A stretch of 64,000 bases of DNA from Ptychomitrium polyphyllum (lineage: Eukaryota), in NCBI GenBank assembly GCA_973851085.1, contig OZ316776.1, positions 620,001 through 684,000 of the forward strand, in the 5' to 3' direction. Below are positions 39,415 to 54,700 of the stretch, piece after piece (the first letter of the stretch is position 1; each line of letters begins with the position of its first letter). Both the position numbers and the translations under genes were made by a program. The notes beneath the pieces are model-generated. The model saw nothing but the letters and a program-made list of their open reading frames with translations, was not told the DNA's origin and did not search any database.

Positions 39415-42400
39415 GAAGTAAAAGATGTGTCCAAGTGCTTTCCCAAGGGCCCCACTTGCTCATCGACACCACAGCCATATTCCGCCAAAACCAGCTGCCA
39501 ACGGCATTCACAGATACGACAGCCATGCTTCTGCACATTTCCCGACCGTTCAACGTCCTCGTTGCAGCAATCCGTCAAAATCCAACGGGACGTGTCGCAT
39601 GCCACACCTCTCCAGTTCTGCTTCCACTTCAGTGCACGCGTTCTCGCAACCGTCACTCTCGTCTTTTGCCTCTCTCGCGCGCTAAATCGTACACACGATC
39701 GACTACGTTCGATCGTGCTCCGTTGCCCACCTACTCAAACGGACCGCACGTTCGAACTCGGACCACCAGCCACTGCTAGCCGCTCTCGGAAGCAGGTGCT
39801 CGCGGATCACGGCCCCACGCCGAGAACCGCCACACTGCCCCATGCCGCCCGACCTTCGCCGCTGAGGCACGCCCGTCGGCACGGTCGCGCCCCGAGACCT
39901 ATCGGACGGCGCTCGTGACCGTCGAAATCGCCAGCACCGCCGACGGCCCGCGCCCTCCCCAACACCCCAAAACGCGTCGTACCCAAAATGCCACGCACGT
40001 CCCGCTCGTCCTTCACAACAAAGCTCCAAGCGACACACGCACCCAAACCCCCGGCAAGCAAAACGGATTCCACACACTGGATCGTCACATACAAGCACAC
40101 CCACACGACCGACGACCTCATCCACCACAACCACATGCAATGAACGTCTCATCTGCACGACAAAATGCACTTCTCAAATAAATAAGAGGATAGCACCACC
40201 TGGTCCCTAAACCTGTTTAGAATCTAGTGATTTACTCTGGTAATGCTGCATTCCTTACCCATGTAGTCTGCACAACTTTTCTAAACAACATAGTTCTGAA
40301 AGAATTAAGTGCCATCAGAAAACATCGAAACTCTAAAGAAACCGAAAAAGGGAAGAAAAAAAAGAAAACAGATGAGATATCGAATGCTGCAGCTAACTTC
40401 AGGCTCAGACCTCCCCTATAAATTGTCCTAAACCATAAACTAACAGCAGGCCACTCCATTGCCGATCAACAACACAGTTCGCTCCAAACCGCAAAGCGCT
40501 CCAGACTTAGCAAGACGGCAACGTCGTCAAAATCCTGCCTCCTCCACTCGTAAACTAGGTTGAACCACCTGCGCCCACGCAACAACACACACCTCAGAAC
40601 CGGCGTACCGTCCGACCTTCCACCGACACATCGAGGCCCCGCTAACATCGTCGCGACCAGCCACACCCACGCCACCAAACACGGACCACTCCGAAACCGG
40701 CACCGGACCGCGTCATTCAGGGCCACCACCCACATGACAAACCAGCACAAACTATCCCACCGCACTGGACGCCGCGATTGCGCGGGCCGACTGCCGTCCG
40801 CAGGGTCCGCGCGGACACATCCACCCCTCTGCTAGCAACCCTGTGACCCTACTGTCACCACCGTGACGACCGCCTCCGCCATCGCGGCCACCACATACAT
40901 GCGCGGCGTTCCCGGACGGGACGTCCGGACCTCCCAGGGTTCCCCCGACCGCATGCCCAGCCCCACACGCACATCCAAGACGCACCACCATTCCAACCAC
41001 ATGCCAACCTCTGCCCACACTGCCAACTGGCAAAACACAGCAGGCACCCAAGCGCACACACATGACGGCGGACAGCGAGCTAGGACTAGTTTCATAAGCG
41101 AAGGACCTTATCAACATATGCTGCCCTCTAAGCCTCGTACGCAACCAAATGCAGTGACTAGCCAGTGCGGTCACCAGCGGCAGGGTAGGGCCTGAATCTG
41201 GCATCAGGACCTCGCTGTGTCTGTCTGCCTGCCACACCATATCCCCCACCATAGCCCGACGTCCCGTTCACCGCTCCGTCCGCGGATGCACCTCCCCCCA
41301 CGCCGAACCCGCCTCCCGTCCCGCCTCCCACCGATCCCGTCGCCGCCGAGTTGTACGAGTCCGTCCCTGACGACCTCCACGTGTTGTCGGCATACCCCGA
41401 ATACGCATCTCCATAGCCCCCGCCGTAGCTCCCACTCCCCGTCCCGGCACCGCTCGTCCCGTACCCTCCCGTGCTCGACCCGTACCCGCTGCCTCTTCCG
41501 CCATACCCACCGGACGATCCGTAGCCTGTGTCGCTGCTCCCGTAGCCGTACCCGCCGCTCCCGTACCCGGAGCTCACCGCGGCCCCGGCGCCGCTCCCCG
41601 TCGTCCCCCACGCCGCATTGCCGTATCCCGTCATGCTCCCGCTCCCGCTGCCCCCGTACCCAGTCGAGCTCGCGCCCGTCCCATACCCAGCGCCTCCGCT
41701 CCCCCACGCGCTCCTCCCCCCTGCGGGCGCGCTGCCATACCCCGCGCTCCCCGCGCCCGCGCTGCCATACCCCGCCGCGCTGCCGTAGCCACCCGCCCCC
41801 GGCGCGCTACCGTAGCCTGCGCTCCCGTACCCTCCCGCGGCGCTGCCATACCCGCCGCTGCTGCCGTACGCGCTCCCCCCGTATCCCCCGTTCATCCCCG
41901 CGCCGTAGCCCCCGCTGCTGCCGAATCCTGCACCGCCGTAGCCCGCAGCTCCGTATCCCGGATACCCACCTCTGCCGCCCGGGCTGGGCCCGTACCGGCT
42001 GTCGCCGCGCCCGCCATACCCACTCCCCCCGCCCGGACTCCCGCCCCCGTAGCCCCCCTGGCTGTACCCCGATCCGTAGTTGCCGCCCCCGCGACCGCCT
42101 CCGCCGAAGCCTCCCGCAGCCCGCCCCGACCCCGCACTCAACTCCTTCGGGATGGCCTTCTTCACCTCCACCATCTTGTCGTTCAGCTCGTGGAACGACT
42201 TTTGGATCACGTTCTCAACTGCATCCTCAGAATCAAAAGTGATGAAGCCAAAGCCCCTAGGCCTTTGAGTATTGTGGTCATACATAACAACCACATCTGT
42301 AATAGAACCAAACTGCTCGAAATACTTTTTGAAGTCATCCTCTGTAACTGTCGAGGCTAAGCCCCCCACAAATATCTTCTTAGTCCTAGTCTGCGACGTT

Positions 42401-43313
42401 GCTGGCCCTTGGCCACCCCCGCTGCTGCTCCTAGGCATATTCTGCTGCTCATCCCTCGGCACAGCTTTTTTCGCTTCCACCTAGAATAGGAAAAGATTTA
42501 CGCAAGACAAACTACACTAGTTATATAACTGCCACACAGACCGCCAACACCACCAATACCAGACGCACGCACGCACGCACGCACGCGCTCGCCCTCACAC
42601 ACTCCATCACACGCACTCTCCCCAAGACACGCATCCCTCGCCCTCGCCCCTCTCCCCACTGCCTCCAATCCCACAACACTAGGGTCCGGCCCAAGGCAGC
42701 AGCACTCACCGTTCTGCCGTCAATCGTGTGCTTCTCGCCGGCCACCCGATCGGCCACGCTCGGGTCCGCGAAGATCACGAACCCGAACCCGCGCGCGCGT
42801 CCCGTGGCGCGGTCCTTCATGATCACGGTCTCCGCCACCTCGCCGTAACTCTTGAAGTAATCGCGCAGCTTCTCCTCCGTCGTCTCCCAAGATATCCCCC
42901 CGATGAAGAGCTTGCCCTGATCGGAGTCCATGGCGTCGCCTAACGCGTCCAGGGTGCCTCCCGGAGCGCCCGTCGCAGCGCCCAAAGAACCGATCGCAGC
43001 GCGCGCTCGCCCAGGCAATGGGGGGGGGCAGGCGAGGGGAATGCAGGCGACGATCCCCCTCCGACGCGCGAACCCGAGGCCGCGGTGGGGCGGGGGGCGA
43101 GCGAGATCCTGCCAACCTAGGGTTCGGAGCGCGGAGAGAAAAACGAGGGCCCGGTGCTGCGAGAGGAGCGAAGAGCAAAGAGACGCCCAGCCTCGCTGCG
43201 CAGCGCCAGTAAAGGCAGCACCCCCCACCCCCCCCCCCCCCGCCCACTCCCACCCAGCCCACCCCCGCGCGGCTCAGGCGGGAATAGCCAAGAACCCCCG
43301 CGGTCCGGCCCAG
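39415..43313 (-). repeat. Left arm of a ~3.9 kb inverted repeat
   Basis: Reverse complement of 55393-59292. All six-frame ORFs mirror, with coordinate sums of 98707. The only difference seen is C14 versus G15 in the homopolymer at ~43228-43241. Confidence 0.97.
41158..42931 (-). CDS. hnRNP A1/Musashi-like RNA-binding protein (2 RRM plus Gly/Tyr-rich tail), copy 1, 514 aa
   Basis: Exons 42931-42710 and 42480-41158 with a GT-AG intron. MDSDQGKLFIGGISWET...RGFGFV (RRM1), KIFVGGL...RGFGFITF (RRM2), GYG-rich tail ending RFRPY...*. Confidence 0.96.
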
Positions 43314-46300
43314 TTTGCGTGAGTGGACTGGAGCTTAGCGGGTCATGTGTATTTGTCGGGGTGCTGCTCTTTTCGACCTATTCCGATTAACGAGGTGGAC
43401 TTGGATGTTTGCTCGTCCTTGTTGACTGCGTATGGTCGAACTACACCTGAGAATTAGGTTCTATGGTCGGCTTTCGACGATCTATCAACTTTAGTAATTT
43501 CTTTAAATGAAAAGTTAACTAAGTTTTTTGGACTGCTACAAATCTATTCATTTATACTTTGTTATTTGTTTTCTTCTTTTTTTTATTACAGTATGTTAAC
43601 TTTTGTAGGACCAATATATTATTTGTTGATTTATGATATAAGGGTGGTTTTAGGGACATATTTCTTGTTCTGCATAGAGAATACGCTTTGGCTTTATCAA
43701 AGTCATATATTGTTACTTTTGAGTAGTTTGTTTTATGTTGATTTGATTATGTGGTTTAAATGTGTTAGTTTAGCAAATAAGTATCCTTAGATAGATGTTT
43801 AATACTTTACCTTGTTTTTTTTTCAATTATAAAAGAAATCAAAGCTAAATGAAAAATTTAATAATTTAATTTTAGCTTTGAATTACTTTATCAAAAGTCA
43901 ACAACTTTCAATGTGTAATAACATTGTCTAACATTGTAAAATACCATCTTTTGTTGTAAATATATAATATGATTTTTTTCTAAAAGGCTTTAATAATTAT
44001 ATAAATTCTATTGAAATTTACAAGTGAATGTTTTGATTTTTAAGAAATTGTAAAGTCAAAAGAAAATTTAAAGATCAAAACTTTTAAGTTGATTTTTTTG
44101 AAATCCTTTTATCAATTGAATTATTTATCATTAACATATTTGTATTATTTCCTTTAAATTGTAAGTTTTAACACATTTTTATACATAAAACTTAAAAATA
44201 TTCTTTAGTAATCATATGGTTGAAAATAAAGATTTGTTAATAAAATTCATATTAATTTAAAATATTTTACAAAATATATATTTTAGTATGTAAGTTGATA
44301 TCATTTTTTAGATCAGCTTATATTATTTAAACTTTAAATATTAAATGACTCTTCTGAAATGTAATGTTCTCAAATTAAAAATATAATTATATAAAATCTT
44401 ACTATATATATTAATAAAAATAAATTATACTATGATATAGATTAAATATTGAATTGGTGTTTTAAATGAAAATGATAAGATGGTGATGTTTTATTGTACT
44501 TAAATGGTTGATTTATTTGCATAAAGACTTAGTAACATTTGTTCTCTTTTTTTGTAATTTTATTTTAAAATCATACTTTTTTTTCTATATAAAATTATGT
44601 AAATACTATCATCATAAATTTATTTAATTTAGAAAAAAAAATTAATGTAGTATTAATAGTTGAATACAAAACTCAAGAATTAAGTTACAATATTGAGATT
44701 TTTGCAAATATATATCATGATTTTTAATTTAAATTTACATTTTATTATCAGGGTCTTAACATTCTTTAGTTATCATAAAGATATAATATTTTTAATAGTT
44801 TTTTTAAAAATCTTTGAATCACTAGTTATTCAAGGAGGCTTCAAAATAATTTGATTAAAACTAGCAAGATTATATTTTTAGTAATTTATACAAGAATGCC
44901 TTCTTTGTTTTAGTTTTAAAGATTGGTATTTTTGCTTATACCTAATAATCAAAAAAATAAATTTACTGATGTAAAATAATAGCTTTCATTACATATTCAA
45001 TAATTTATATTTTTGTAATGTTTCTTTCAATGATTTCTATATATTGTTGCAATAATATAATCAATTATATTTGGAATGTGATAATAATATCTTTATCCTA
45101 CAATGAACATGAAGAGAACTTTTGAAAAAATCTAATCATATTGTGCATCATATTCAGTCTTCCACATTCACTTCAACAACAATTTGAAGTCATTGAGAAC
45201 ATATTTGCAGCATTTGAGCTAGGTACTATTCATAAATTAAACAGCATTCTATTATGTGTTGAATGGAATTCTTCTTATTTGTCTCAACATTACATGTAAA
45301 TTTTTCCAGAAACACAACTTGCCAAGTTGCTTATGTACATGAAATCTTCCAATGTAAACAAACCTTATACATTTTCTTAAGAAAGCTCTCAACAATATTC
45401 ATTTGAATTTGTAAGAAAGTGAATGTTACCACAATCCAAATTCTATTCTAGACCACCAAAAATGATTAGTTAGTACCATGATATATACATAGCACATAGA
45501 AAAGAATAATCATATTTTGGTATTCCAAAATTTTTAGAATGTTTTAAAGAAAATCCCAAAGACATTACATGGGAAAAATAACTCTTGCTTAGAAATGCAT
45601 GTTTACAAAATCCTAAAGTATTAAAGAAATTGATCAGTTTCTAGTATTTCCTGGAACCGCATAAGAATAACAGTAGTAATTTATTCTGGTGTGTACAATG
45701 CTTGATGTATGATCTATGCTGAAAAGATCAAGAAGTTGCAAACGTACTTTGTAGCATAAGTCAGACATCCTGTGAAGAATTTTTCAGTGTCCCACAAAAG
45801 GCATCTTACCTAGGCTGCTGAGAGTGATCCCCATACTTGATACTGAGGTTTGTGGAATGTCAAGAGCACAAACAAAGAATCACCTAGCACTTGTATAGAG
45901 TGATGATGTGATATTTCAACACATGTCAGAGACAAAAATTCTTACACATGTCATGGTTGTTAGAATCTCACATTGTGCTACAGCGCTACCTTCAGTGCTA
46001 CCTTGTTTGGATTGCTGTTGTACTTTATCACATCTGCAACACAGCTGCAGTTCTCTCATCCTTTTAGTTCCCTTGCAACTTACAAGTTTGCCATAGAACA
46101 GATGGAACTTTCTTTCAAGCTTCCTCACCAAATGGTTTTCAGGCCAAGCAGTTCAATGGTGTAACAAACAAATAAAAAGAGCTGACCTAGTACATCTTTA
46201 TTGACATTTTAATTTCTTAAAATATGCTCCACAATTTTGTTGAATGACTTCTTTTTTCCCTACCTGATTACTACTTGAACTTTGAACTTGTCAGATGCCG

Positions 46301-47471
46301 CATTCTTTATAAGTATGGTTAAATATTTTTGGAGTACGTTTCACATTTTGGTGAGGTTGAAAGTAGATTCGTGCAATATTATAATTATATATATGCTATC
46401 ACCAAAAGAGTATCTTAATACCGTTAATACTTTGTTGTAGAATATTGCAAACAACAGGGGTGTTAAGATTTTTATTAAGAGTTTTGTATTACATTTGCAT
46501 AGAGATATAAATTTGCAAAGGATATCATTGGCTTAAAGCTTCTTTTATGCTTATGACACAATTGATATCACGTGCTGTGGCACCCCTGATGATCGCAATG
46601 TAACATAGCATAAGTTTATGGGCAACCCATCAGCAGAAACAAACCAAAATTAATGCATCAAGGCAGTTGGTGGCAGACAGTTGGACAACTGTGTTGCTGT
46701 CGACAAAACCTCAATTATTTAACAAGCATCTAACAAGTCACCAATTCTGCATTGACGCCCGCACTCAGGATCGTGTTGACATCGGCTCCCAGAAACGGTT
46801 ATCAACATCCACACCCATCTTAGCGCCCGTCTCTCGCTCAGTCTCGCTCAGTCAAAATTTTGATTGATAGCTGTGTGACGCTACGGTGATAATAATGCGA
46901 TATACCGCAGATACAGATGTGATACCTGAGTGATACAGGCGAGGTATCATATGGCTGCTACGTCGGAAATTTACAAGATTTCATTTGTGGAACTCCCAGA
47001 GCTACAGTACAGTGTACAGGGACTCGTCGCGGGGAGTCCAAGAGGTTCATCATTCGATTGATAGCTGCACGACACTGTGGTTACCAGCAACATACCCACT
47101 TAATACTCTAGTGATACTATGTCCAGACCCGTATGATACTGAGGCTGTAAAATGGACACGAAACCGAGGCTGTAAACCAGTGCAGCTCGTTGCGTGTGCG
47201 GTCCTGTTGCAACAACATCATTTTCTGCTTGGCCATGGTTGCTTCTCCACCGTTTTGTCGTCGCCATTGAGTAGAGACGCTGCTCTTGAGCGTCGGCGTA
47301 CTTCGACTCTTGTAGCCTCGTGTTTCCTCTTCAAGTTGAGCTCTCTTAAGGCTTATGAGGAGCGAGAATTTGTACATAACTTGTAACCCTAACCACACAG
47401 CCGCAGGAGCAGATTTGGAGGCCTGACGTGCGTTTGAGCCGGAGTTCACAGCGGAGTGAGGCGTTGTGTCT

Positions 47472-50400
47472 ATGATGAACATGACGCTGTGTTCGGCTGG
47501 GAGAGCGATAGCTCTGGAGTCGTATGGCGGTGGATTCGTATGTGGGGAGAGGTTAGAGAGTGCGGTTTGCACTTCGAGAGTACTATGCCAGCAGAGAAGG
47601 TATGGAGAGTTCAGGTTGCGAGAATGTAGTGCGCTGCTCGGTGTTCGGGAAGACCATTTCGCGTTTTCTGTAGATACTCTCTTGAAGCGGACCGCCAGGA
47701 GAGTAGGTCGGAAAGCTGTGCGTGCTGTGCAGGATGGCTCTTCTACTCAGGTTGAGGCTTCTCCTCAGGTTGAAGAAGATAAGATTGAGCAAACGTGGGA
47801 CACTGCGGGTGGACCGAACACGCCAATGGTTCCCACGAATCATCTAGTCAGCCTTCAAATTCCTAGTAAGTGCAATTGACAGAGTTTTTTTCAGCTGGAT
47901 TGGTTGTAGGAATTGTCAAATGAGTTTTGTTGTGCATTGCTACCCAGAGGCACCTGTTTCTACTGCATCTAGCGCGGTGTCAATTCACATGGAGGCATGA
48001 GTCGTTAGTTGACGAGGTCTATTCACTCAATGTGCTCGTGCTCCAGACTCCTTAACGAATTTTAACTTCCGTATTGGACTTATTGCGCTTTCTGTTAGTA
48101 GAGTTACTTCGTAGTAGAGGTATGTCGCAATGCGGTTTTCTGATTAATGTGATTTGTCGAGAATAGAACGCAATACATTGTCGTCGTACTTGTTTACTTG
48201 CATGGAGGTGCCTACATAAACAAATCACCCCCCCTCCCCCCCCCGCCCGATTTCCTGTTTGTTTTATGATATCAGTGCGTAGAATTTTACACCAACGCTG
48301 TTGTGGAAGAAAGAAACAAGTTGAAGGTATTCTGGATTGTCATTTTTTAACTAAAGAATCTAGTGGTTGGCTGAACAGAGCCTTTGTCCATTACCGATTT
48401 GGCTTTGCCACCCAGGCATGGATCTGATCTACGTGTAGCTTATCAGGTATCTCCTCGTAGTCTATTACTGGGAGCTTCAGCATCCAGCATCTACTTTCCT
48501 TTTATTCTTTACTCTTTTGTGTGGTCCCAATTGTTGTTTCCCTTGCAAGCTTGTTTTTGCATTTGCCTTTGTTGGAGTTTGGTAAAGCAGAGACTGGTGT
48601 TTTAATCCACTGCTTTGCTTTTCAGGGTGTTCCTGGAGCCTATAGTGAAGCAGCGGCTGCCAAAGCTTACCCTAGGTGCGAGGCTGTTCCGTGCGAGCAG
48701 TTTGAAGCTGCTTTTCAGGTATGTTTTACCTTCTTTATTGTTGTGGAACAGATTGAAGTTACCTTACTATTATAGTCTGGTCTTAGGAATGTCGAGATCA
48801 TACCTTTTCTTTGGAAAGTTGTTGGCGTGAGGATTTCTGATTTGTTACCAAGAAGCTTCAATTTTATAGCTAGTAGTGGTCTCGTTAGTGCGTGGTTCAG
48901 AAAATAGACTGCAATCAAAAGAACAAAGCAAGTCATCGGCAATTTTTGGAATAAACAGTGTCGTAATGTTCTTGAGTTCATGGCTACTGATTTTTCAATC
49001 TTGGACTACAGGCCGTGGAGCTTTGGTTGGTTGATAGGGCAGTGTTACCAATAGAGAACTCTTTGGGGGGGAGCATACACCGCAATTATGACCTTCTGCT
49101 ACGTCACCGGCTTCACATAGTCGGTGAAGTTCAACTTGCAGTTCATCACTGCTTGTTAGGAATCCCCGGTGTGAAAAAGGAGGAATTGCTGCGAGTGGTT
49201 AGTCATCCACAGGTACTTTCCACAAGGTTATCTTTTCTGTTTTGAGTTCTCATTATCATTAAAGAATTTTGGTGCAAGTAATTCCGAGACATTTGTTTTC
49301 CAAATATTACCAAGAAGCACCTTTTTCGTTTTGACACGGGCTTTAGTACTAAAGTAGTAATATTAGTAGTGTGTTAACTGTGGTTTGTGGCTAAACAAGT
49401 GGGGTTTACTGGTGGGTTTTGGGTTTTATACTGAGAACGTACATTATAGAGATGCTGTTTGTCGCTGATTATATGATCGCAATGCCTTTTTTTAAAGCTG
49501 AGACAATAATTGATGTATATCTTGTTTTGTTTTGCACAAATGTTTTACTTTGATGTCTTTACTTTGTTTTCAAATTTCAGGCTCTAGCTCAGTGTGAGAA
49601 CACATTGTCAAAGTTAGGCGTGGCCCGAGAAGCTGTTGATGATACTGCTGGAGCTGCACAGGTAATTTAGAATCTTTACACCGTCTATTGTTTGCACTTT
49701 ATCATCGTTTGCCAATTGTTATCAGACAGCAAAAGCTGTTAATACTGGTTTTGGAGTGTAATATTCTCTTGACTTCGTGATGATGGCACCCCTCGATTTG
49801 GCTTACCTATGCAAGTAGTTTGTTACGTTGGAGCTTGAAAGAGGAGCTCTTGGTATTATTTGTTTGATGCTTGTTGATTCACAAGTTCTATTGCATTTTT
49901 CCAACTCCCTCCCCCTCCTTTTTTTTGTCTTCGGATTGCAAATGTAGTTGTGCTTTCTGATTTTTGTTAGAAAGGTCGGATGTAGTGCTCACAATGAGGT
50001 AATTTGGTCAGCTTATTTGGAATTGATTCCTGCAGTTTATTGCTGCTCACAATCTCCGGGACACAGGAGCTGTTGCAAGTGCACGGGCTGCAGAAATATA
50101 CGGGCTTGAAATCTTAATGGATGGTATCCAGGTATAAATCCCCCTGTAGATATTTAAAGATTTTGAGCTACCTCAGAACAATGAGTTGCCAAGATAATTA
50201 GTTTTCTTTTTTGTTGGCTATCGCGGGAAGTAGGTACCATTGGCATGTGTCATTGTAATTCACTGCATGATTCTCGTCTTTCATTTTGAGTTAAATAGCT
50301 GGAAATGAATTTTCCTCAGTGAGGAATATAAGTGGCTTGAGGTCAGAAACTTAGACCTTGCGCACATTAACATCCTCATTACTGGGCATATTGTCGATTT

Positions 50401-51717
50401 AGGTTTGAGTATGAGCTCAGGCAATAAAGATATTGTTACGGACTTCCCAAGGTATTGTTTAAGTTATGAAATTCTGTCCTTATCAATCTTGGCGAAGCTT
50501 GTACACAAACCTGAATTTAAGGTATCCTAGCGTGACTTTAATTTTAGTTTTTTATGATGATGAAATCTGCAGGACGATTTCGACAATGTTACTCGTTTTT
50601 TAATGCTTGCTCGTGAACCTATTATTCCAAGAATTGACAGACCATTCAAGGTTATTCTCTTCCACATTAACCCATCACCTGCTTTGTTGACTTGCATATG
50701 TGCATCCTATTACTGTATTGCATCGGAGTTTGATGAAGTAGAAATTACAGCGGTGTATGTCCGAGTTTTTTATAGAAAAATTCGATTCTATTACCATGCC
50801 CATCTTACGTGCTTATGAAACTTGCTGCACTACCTAACATGCTGTTCCTAGCTTATTTAAAAAAAATCTTTTGGGACCTGTCTTGCTGCAGACCAGTATT
50901 GTGTTCACATTAGAGGAGGGACCAGGTGTTCTGTTCAAGGCACTTGCTGTTTTTGCGCTCCGGGATATCAATCTTACAAAGGTAATATTCAAATTCTGAA
51001 TTTACACGTGGCTTGCTATTTTGTACTCTTATTTCCAAAATGCTCAAATTTCTAACCTTTCTATGCTGAATTGGCAGATTGAAAGTCGTCCTCAAAGAAA
51101 GAGGCCATTGCGCGTGGTGGATGATAGCAACAACGGAAGTGCCAAGTGCGTTCAAAGACTTCCACTTGATCATTTCGATATATATTCTTTTTAGAGCTGT
51201 GGCAAAGACTTGACCAGCTTACTGGATATTTTCTTCATGGCGTTCTGTCTAACTCAGGCTTAACATGACCTGGGAGTTTGTTAAGCAATTTGAGATGATG
51301 ATTTGAACTTCCGATTGTGTACTGACAATATTTTAGATTAATGTGCAGATATTTTGATTATCTTTTCTATGTGGATTTTGAGGCTTCAATGGCTGATGTG
51401 CGGGCACAAAATGCCCTTGGGCATTTACAGGTACGATGAAAGACAATAATGCTTGTAGAGCCCATGTTATCAGAATCCCATATAAGGTGCCACATTGATT
51501 CCGAACATTTTGTGATGCTGTACTTTTTGTTCATGTGCAGCTTTAGTTAACTATTTAATACGGTTTAAAATTTATCGAACCAAGTTTGGAATCAATGGTC
51601 AGATGTTCTGCTGAATACTGAGATTTGTAGGATTATGTTCTGTACGTGCAGGAGTTTGCGACCTTCCTGAGGGTACTGGGCAGTTATCCGATGGATATCA
51701 GTCCAATGCGAGCTTGA
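47472..51717 (+). CDS. ADT: Arogenate dehydratase / prephenate dehydratase, plastid-type, 11 exons
   Basis: Exons 47472-47865, 48379-48446, 48626-48718, 49012-49212, 49581-49661, 50036-50131, 50573-50650, 50892-50981, 51078-51145, 51349-51430, 51652-51717. Motifs [52 protein letters not shown] domain LTKIESRP, LGSYP. N-terminal extension is transit-peptide-like. Confidence 0.96.
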
Positions 51718-54700
51718 GGCGTCTACTCCTCCAGCTTATGTCATGCAAATTCCATTTCAGGGCCGTTCTGGATGAAGATAGTTATGCACATTGCTCGAAG
51801 GTCATGCCGTAGGGTGTGGGCTGTACGCAGGTTGTCACTCCCTAGAAAGACGGGTGTCAAGAATACCATACTTGCAGGGCATCTTGAGGACTTAGCTGCT
51901 GAATAACTAATTGAGGCCGTTCCCAGGCACGTTCAGTAACCGACTTTGATAGAATTGAATTTAGGCACAGTATCTTATCAATAACTTCTAAAAGTCGACC
52001 TTATCATTTTTACCAAAATACGGTACTCGTCGACTTTGTGATGCAGCAATGAGAAGAATGATGCATCAGTATATAGCTTAGGCAGAGTGTATGAAGGCTG
52101 TAACGTTCCAGTCTGCACACAGGGTTTATGTTCCTCTTGTCCTGCCGTCTGGTGAAGCAGGTTGAGCTCAGTTGTCACTTACGGGGTACCGTTCTCCTTT
52201 CCTCAATTTTGCAGACGTTTTATGTTATACAGTTTCTCAGTTTTTTGTTGGTTTATAATCTCGAACTTCCTTTATTGTTGGGAATCACATAGTGGATTTA
52301 CTCGTAATTTATAGGGATGTAACATGCTATAATGAGTAGACATGTTGGGATACAACCGATCGGCTTTCAGTAATGTCTCAAGATATTTACATTTCTTAAT
52401 TTGGTGATAAGGCTTTTACTGCACGGGTCATTTTGCAAGTTAACATTCTCGTCCATCTTTGGATGATCGTGACTTGTCGTCGAATATGTAGTCCATAGTT
52501 AAGAGAAACTTTGTGGATATAAAAGGTATGGATGCAGTATTGTGCAACTTAGTACATAAGAAATATGTCTTCTGATATTGGATGTTACATGGGAGAATGG
52601 TTTGGTGAACAGTTATTTAAAAAATAACTGTGGTTTCTGTGAAGACCTGAATGAAGTGACAGGAGCCTGACATTTCTTTGGAAGGTCATTGAGCTGAATT
52701 TGTTATGTTATAGGTCACCAATCAATTTCTTGCTTCTTACCATTTATAAATTTCTATACTTGGAAAGTCAAACGCATAAATGCTAAGTGACAGATTCTGC
52801 AGACTTCAAAAATCAAAAACCAATTTGGTATTGGAACTACAAAATGTGGGTGGACACATCGTAAATTGCCATAGACAATTAATGAATTAGGATCTTTGAG
52901 TATGTTCCAATACACATAACATATTATATATAACATTCAATTTTAAAGTTTGAAATTTATATTTAAGACTTTTACTTACTATTCATAATTTTTGTGTTGA
53001 AAAAATGTTTCAATAGTGTATATGATTAAATATTTCTTTAATTAGAAGAATGCATATTATTTCTAAAATCATGTACTATAGGTTCTATAAATGAAAATGA
53101 TATTATAAACCAAAAAACAACCTATTTCCTTCAATAAACAAATTTTATAGATTTTTTTAATCCTTAAATTTAAATTTTTAATTTTTTTTATTGACATCTA
53201 AAAATATATTACATCTATTTATTTTTATATATGTTTTTTGTTACATATCAACATTTAAATTAGCAAATGGTATTTCATACACTTTATTTCTTTGTTATGA
53301 TAAACTTTACTTAATTATATAAATTAAAAACATGCATATAGATTTATTTATTTTAAATTTAAGTTCCAGTCTTTAAATATCTTGCATAAAATTAATCCTT
53401 TTATATGTTAGGATGTCTTATGCATTAAGCGTAATCAATCTTTATCTAATAATTGGTTGGAAATATTTACAAATTTGTAGAGAAGTTTACATTAAGTGGC
53501 ATTTTAAAATATTCCACAATATTCAATGAGACAAAATTCTTATTCAATCATAAGCTAGCTATTTATCATTCTTTTTAGGCCTTCATAGTTAAAGTTGTCA
53601 ATTTTTTTAAAAATAAGACATGATTAGTTATTATCAAAAAAATTTGTGCACCTTAAATAATCTAATTATATATTTTTTAATATCAATCATAAACAATTTG
53701 AAGTCTTGTGTGTAATCCAAAATTAAAAACTTTCAAAATTGGAAAGTAAAGTATGTAGAGTTTTTGATAATGTAAAGCTTATTTTGTAAGGAGAGACTAT
53801 GTAAAGTTTCTTTTTTACTTCATTTCCAATTGTGATTAATATACATAGGTATGTAAGCAAATTTTAATATCTTGCCTATTATCTTGTATGTTGTTTTAAA
53901 ATAGAAATAAGTAGATAGTTATGAAATCTAGTAACGACTTTAACTGCGGAGTTGATGTGGTTGTAGGCATGTGCATGCATAATAGAGAAGATATTGAATG
54001 GCAATGATTTTGTGTTTTAGAGAACTAAACAAAGTAGGGTGAAGAGAGAGAGCCAAAGAATAGGAATTTAGTGAATAAAGTGGCTTGTTGGATGAAAAAG
54101 AGAGTACATAAAGAATGTCATTTAAGGTATATGCCACCATAATATTAATAAACTTTATAATTATCTTTTGCATTGATTTTTGTGTTGGTTAAATTTTGAA
54201 TATAAATAACCTTGTTTATTTGATTGCTTATTTAACGTGTAAAAGAATTTATATTTTGATTAGCTTTCTTTAATGAAACATATATTATAAATATATATTA
54301 GAACATCCTTGAATAAGTTTATATAACAATTTATTTTTAAACAATAAAGCCATTATAAATAGATAGTTATTATTTATTTTTTATAAAGTCATGTTTTTCT
54401 TTTATCAACGCACATCTAATTGCTTTACATTAATAAACAAGTATAAATTTCCTATAGCAAAAGAAAAAGACATTATTATTATTTATAAACAATCTTAAGG
54501 CTATACATTTTCAAATGGAAAATAGCTTCTAACAAATGGTCTAAAATGTGATATAAGTGATCTTATGAAATTGCAAAGAAAAATTTATTATGATTATTTA
54601 GTTATATAAAATATAAAATTTGTATAATAATTAATGAACCAATTTATATCAATTCTAGTATATTTCTTGTTTGCATTTTTTAATGAAATATATGGCATCT

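Noticed and set aside
39397..43390. Many long overlapping ORFs (for example 341 aa at 41217-42242) and their mirrors at 54941-59310
   Set aside because: Shadow frames of very GC-rich sequence with low-complexity Arg/Pro translations. Their duplication only reflects the inverted repeat.
43500..45600. Very AT-rich spacers (also 15300-17300, 37400-38800, 52900-54900, 62600-64000)
   Set aside because: No ORFs, termini or motifs that I can support. Probably ancient decayed repeats.
46920..46949. 8-bp inverted repeat tgatacct...aggtatca upstream of ADT
   Set aside because: Too short to distinguish from chance.
51140..51349. Possible non-canonical splice site in ADT intron 9
   Set aside because: It resolves as ordinary GT-AG (AA|gtgcgt ... 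gtgcag|A) giving SAKYFDY.
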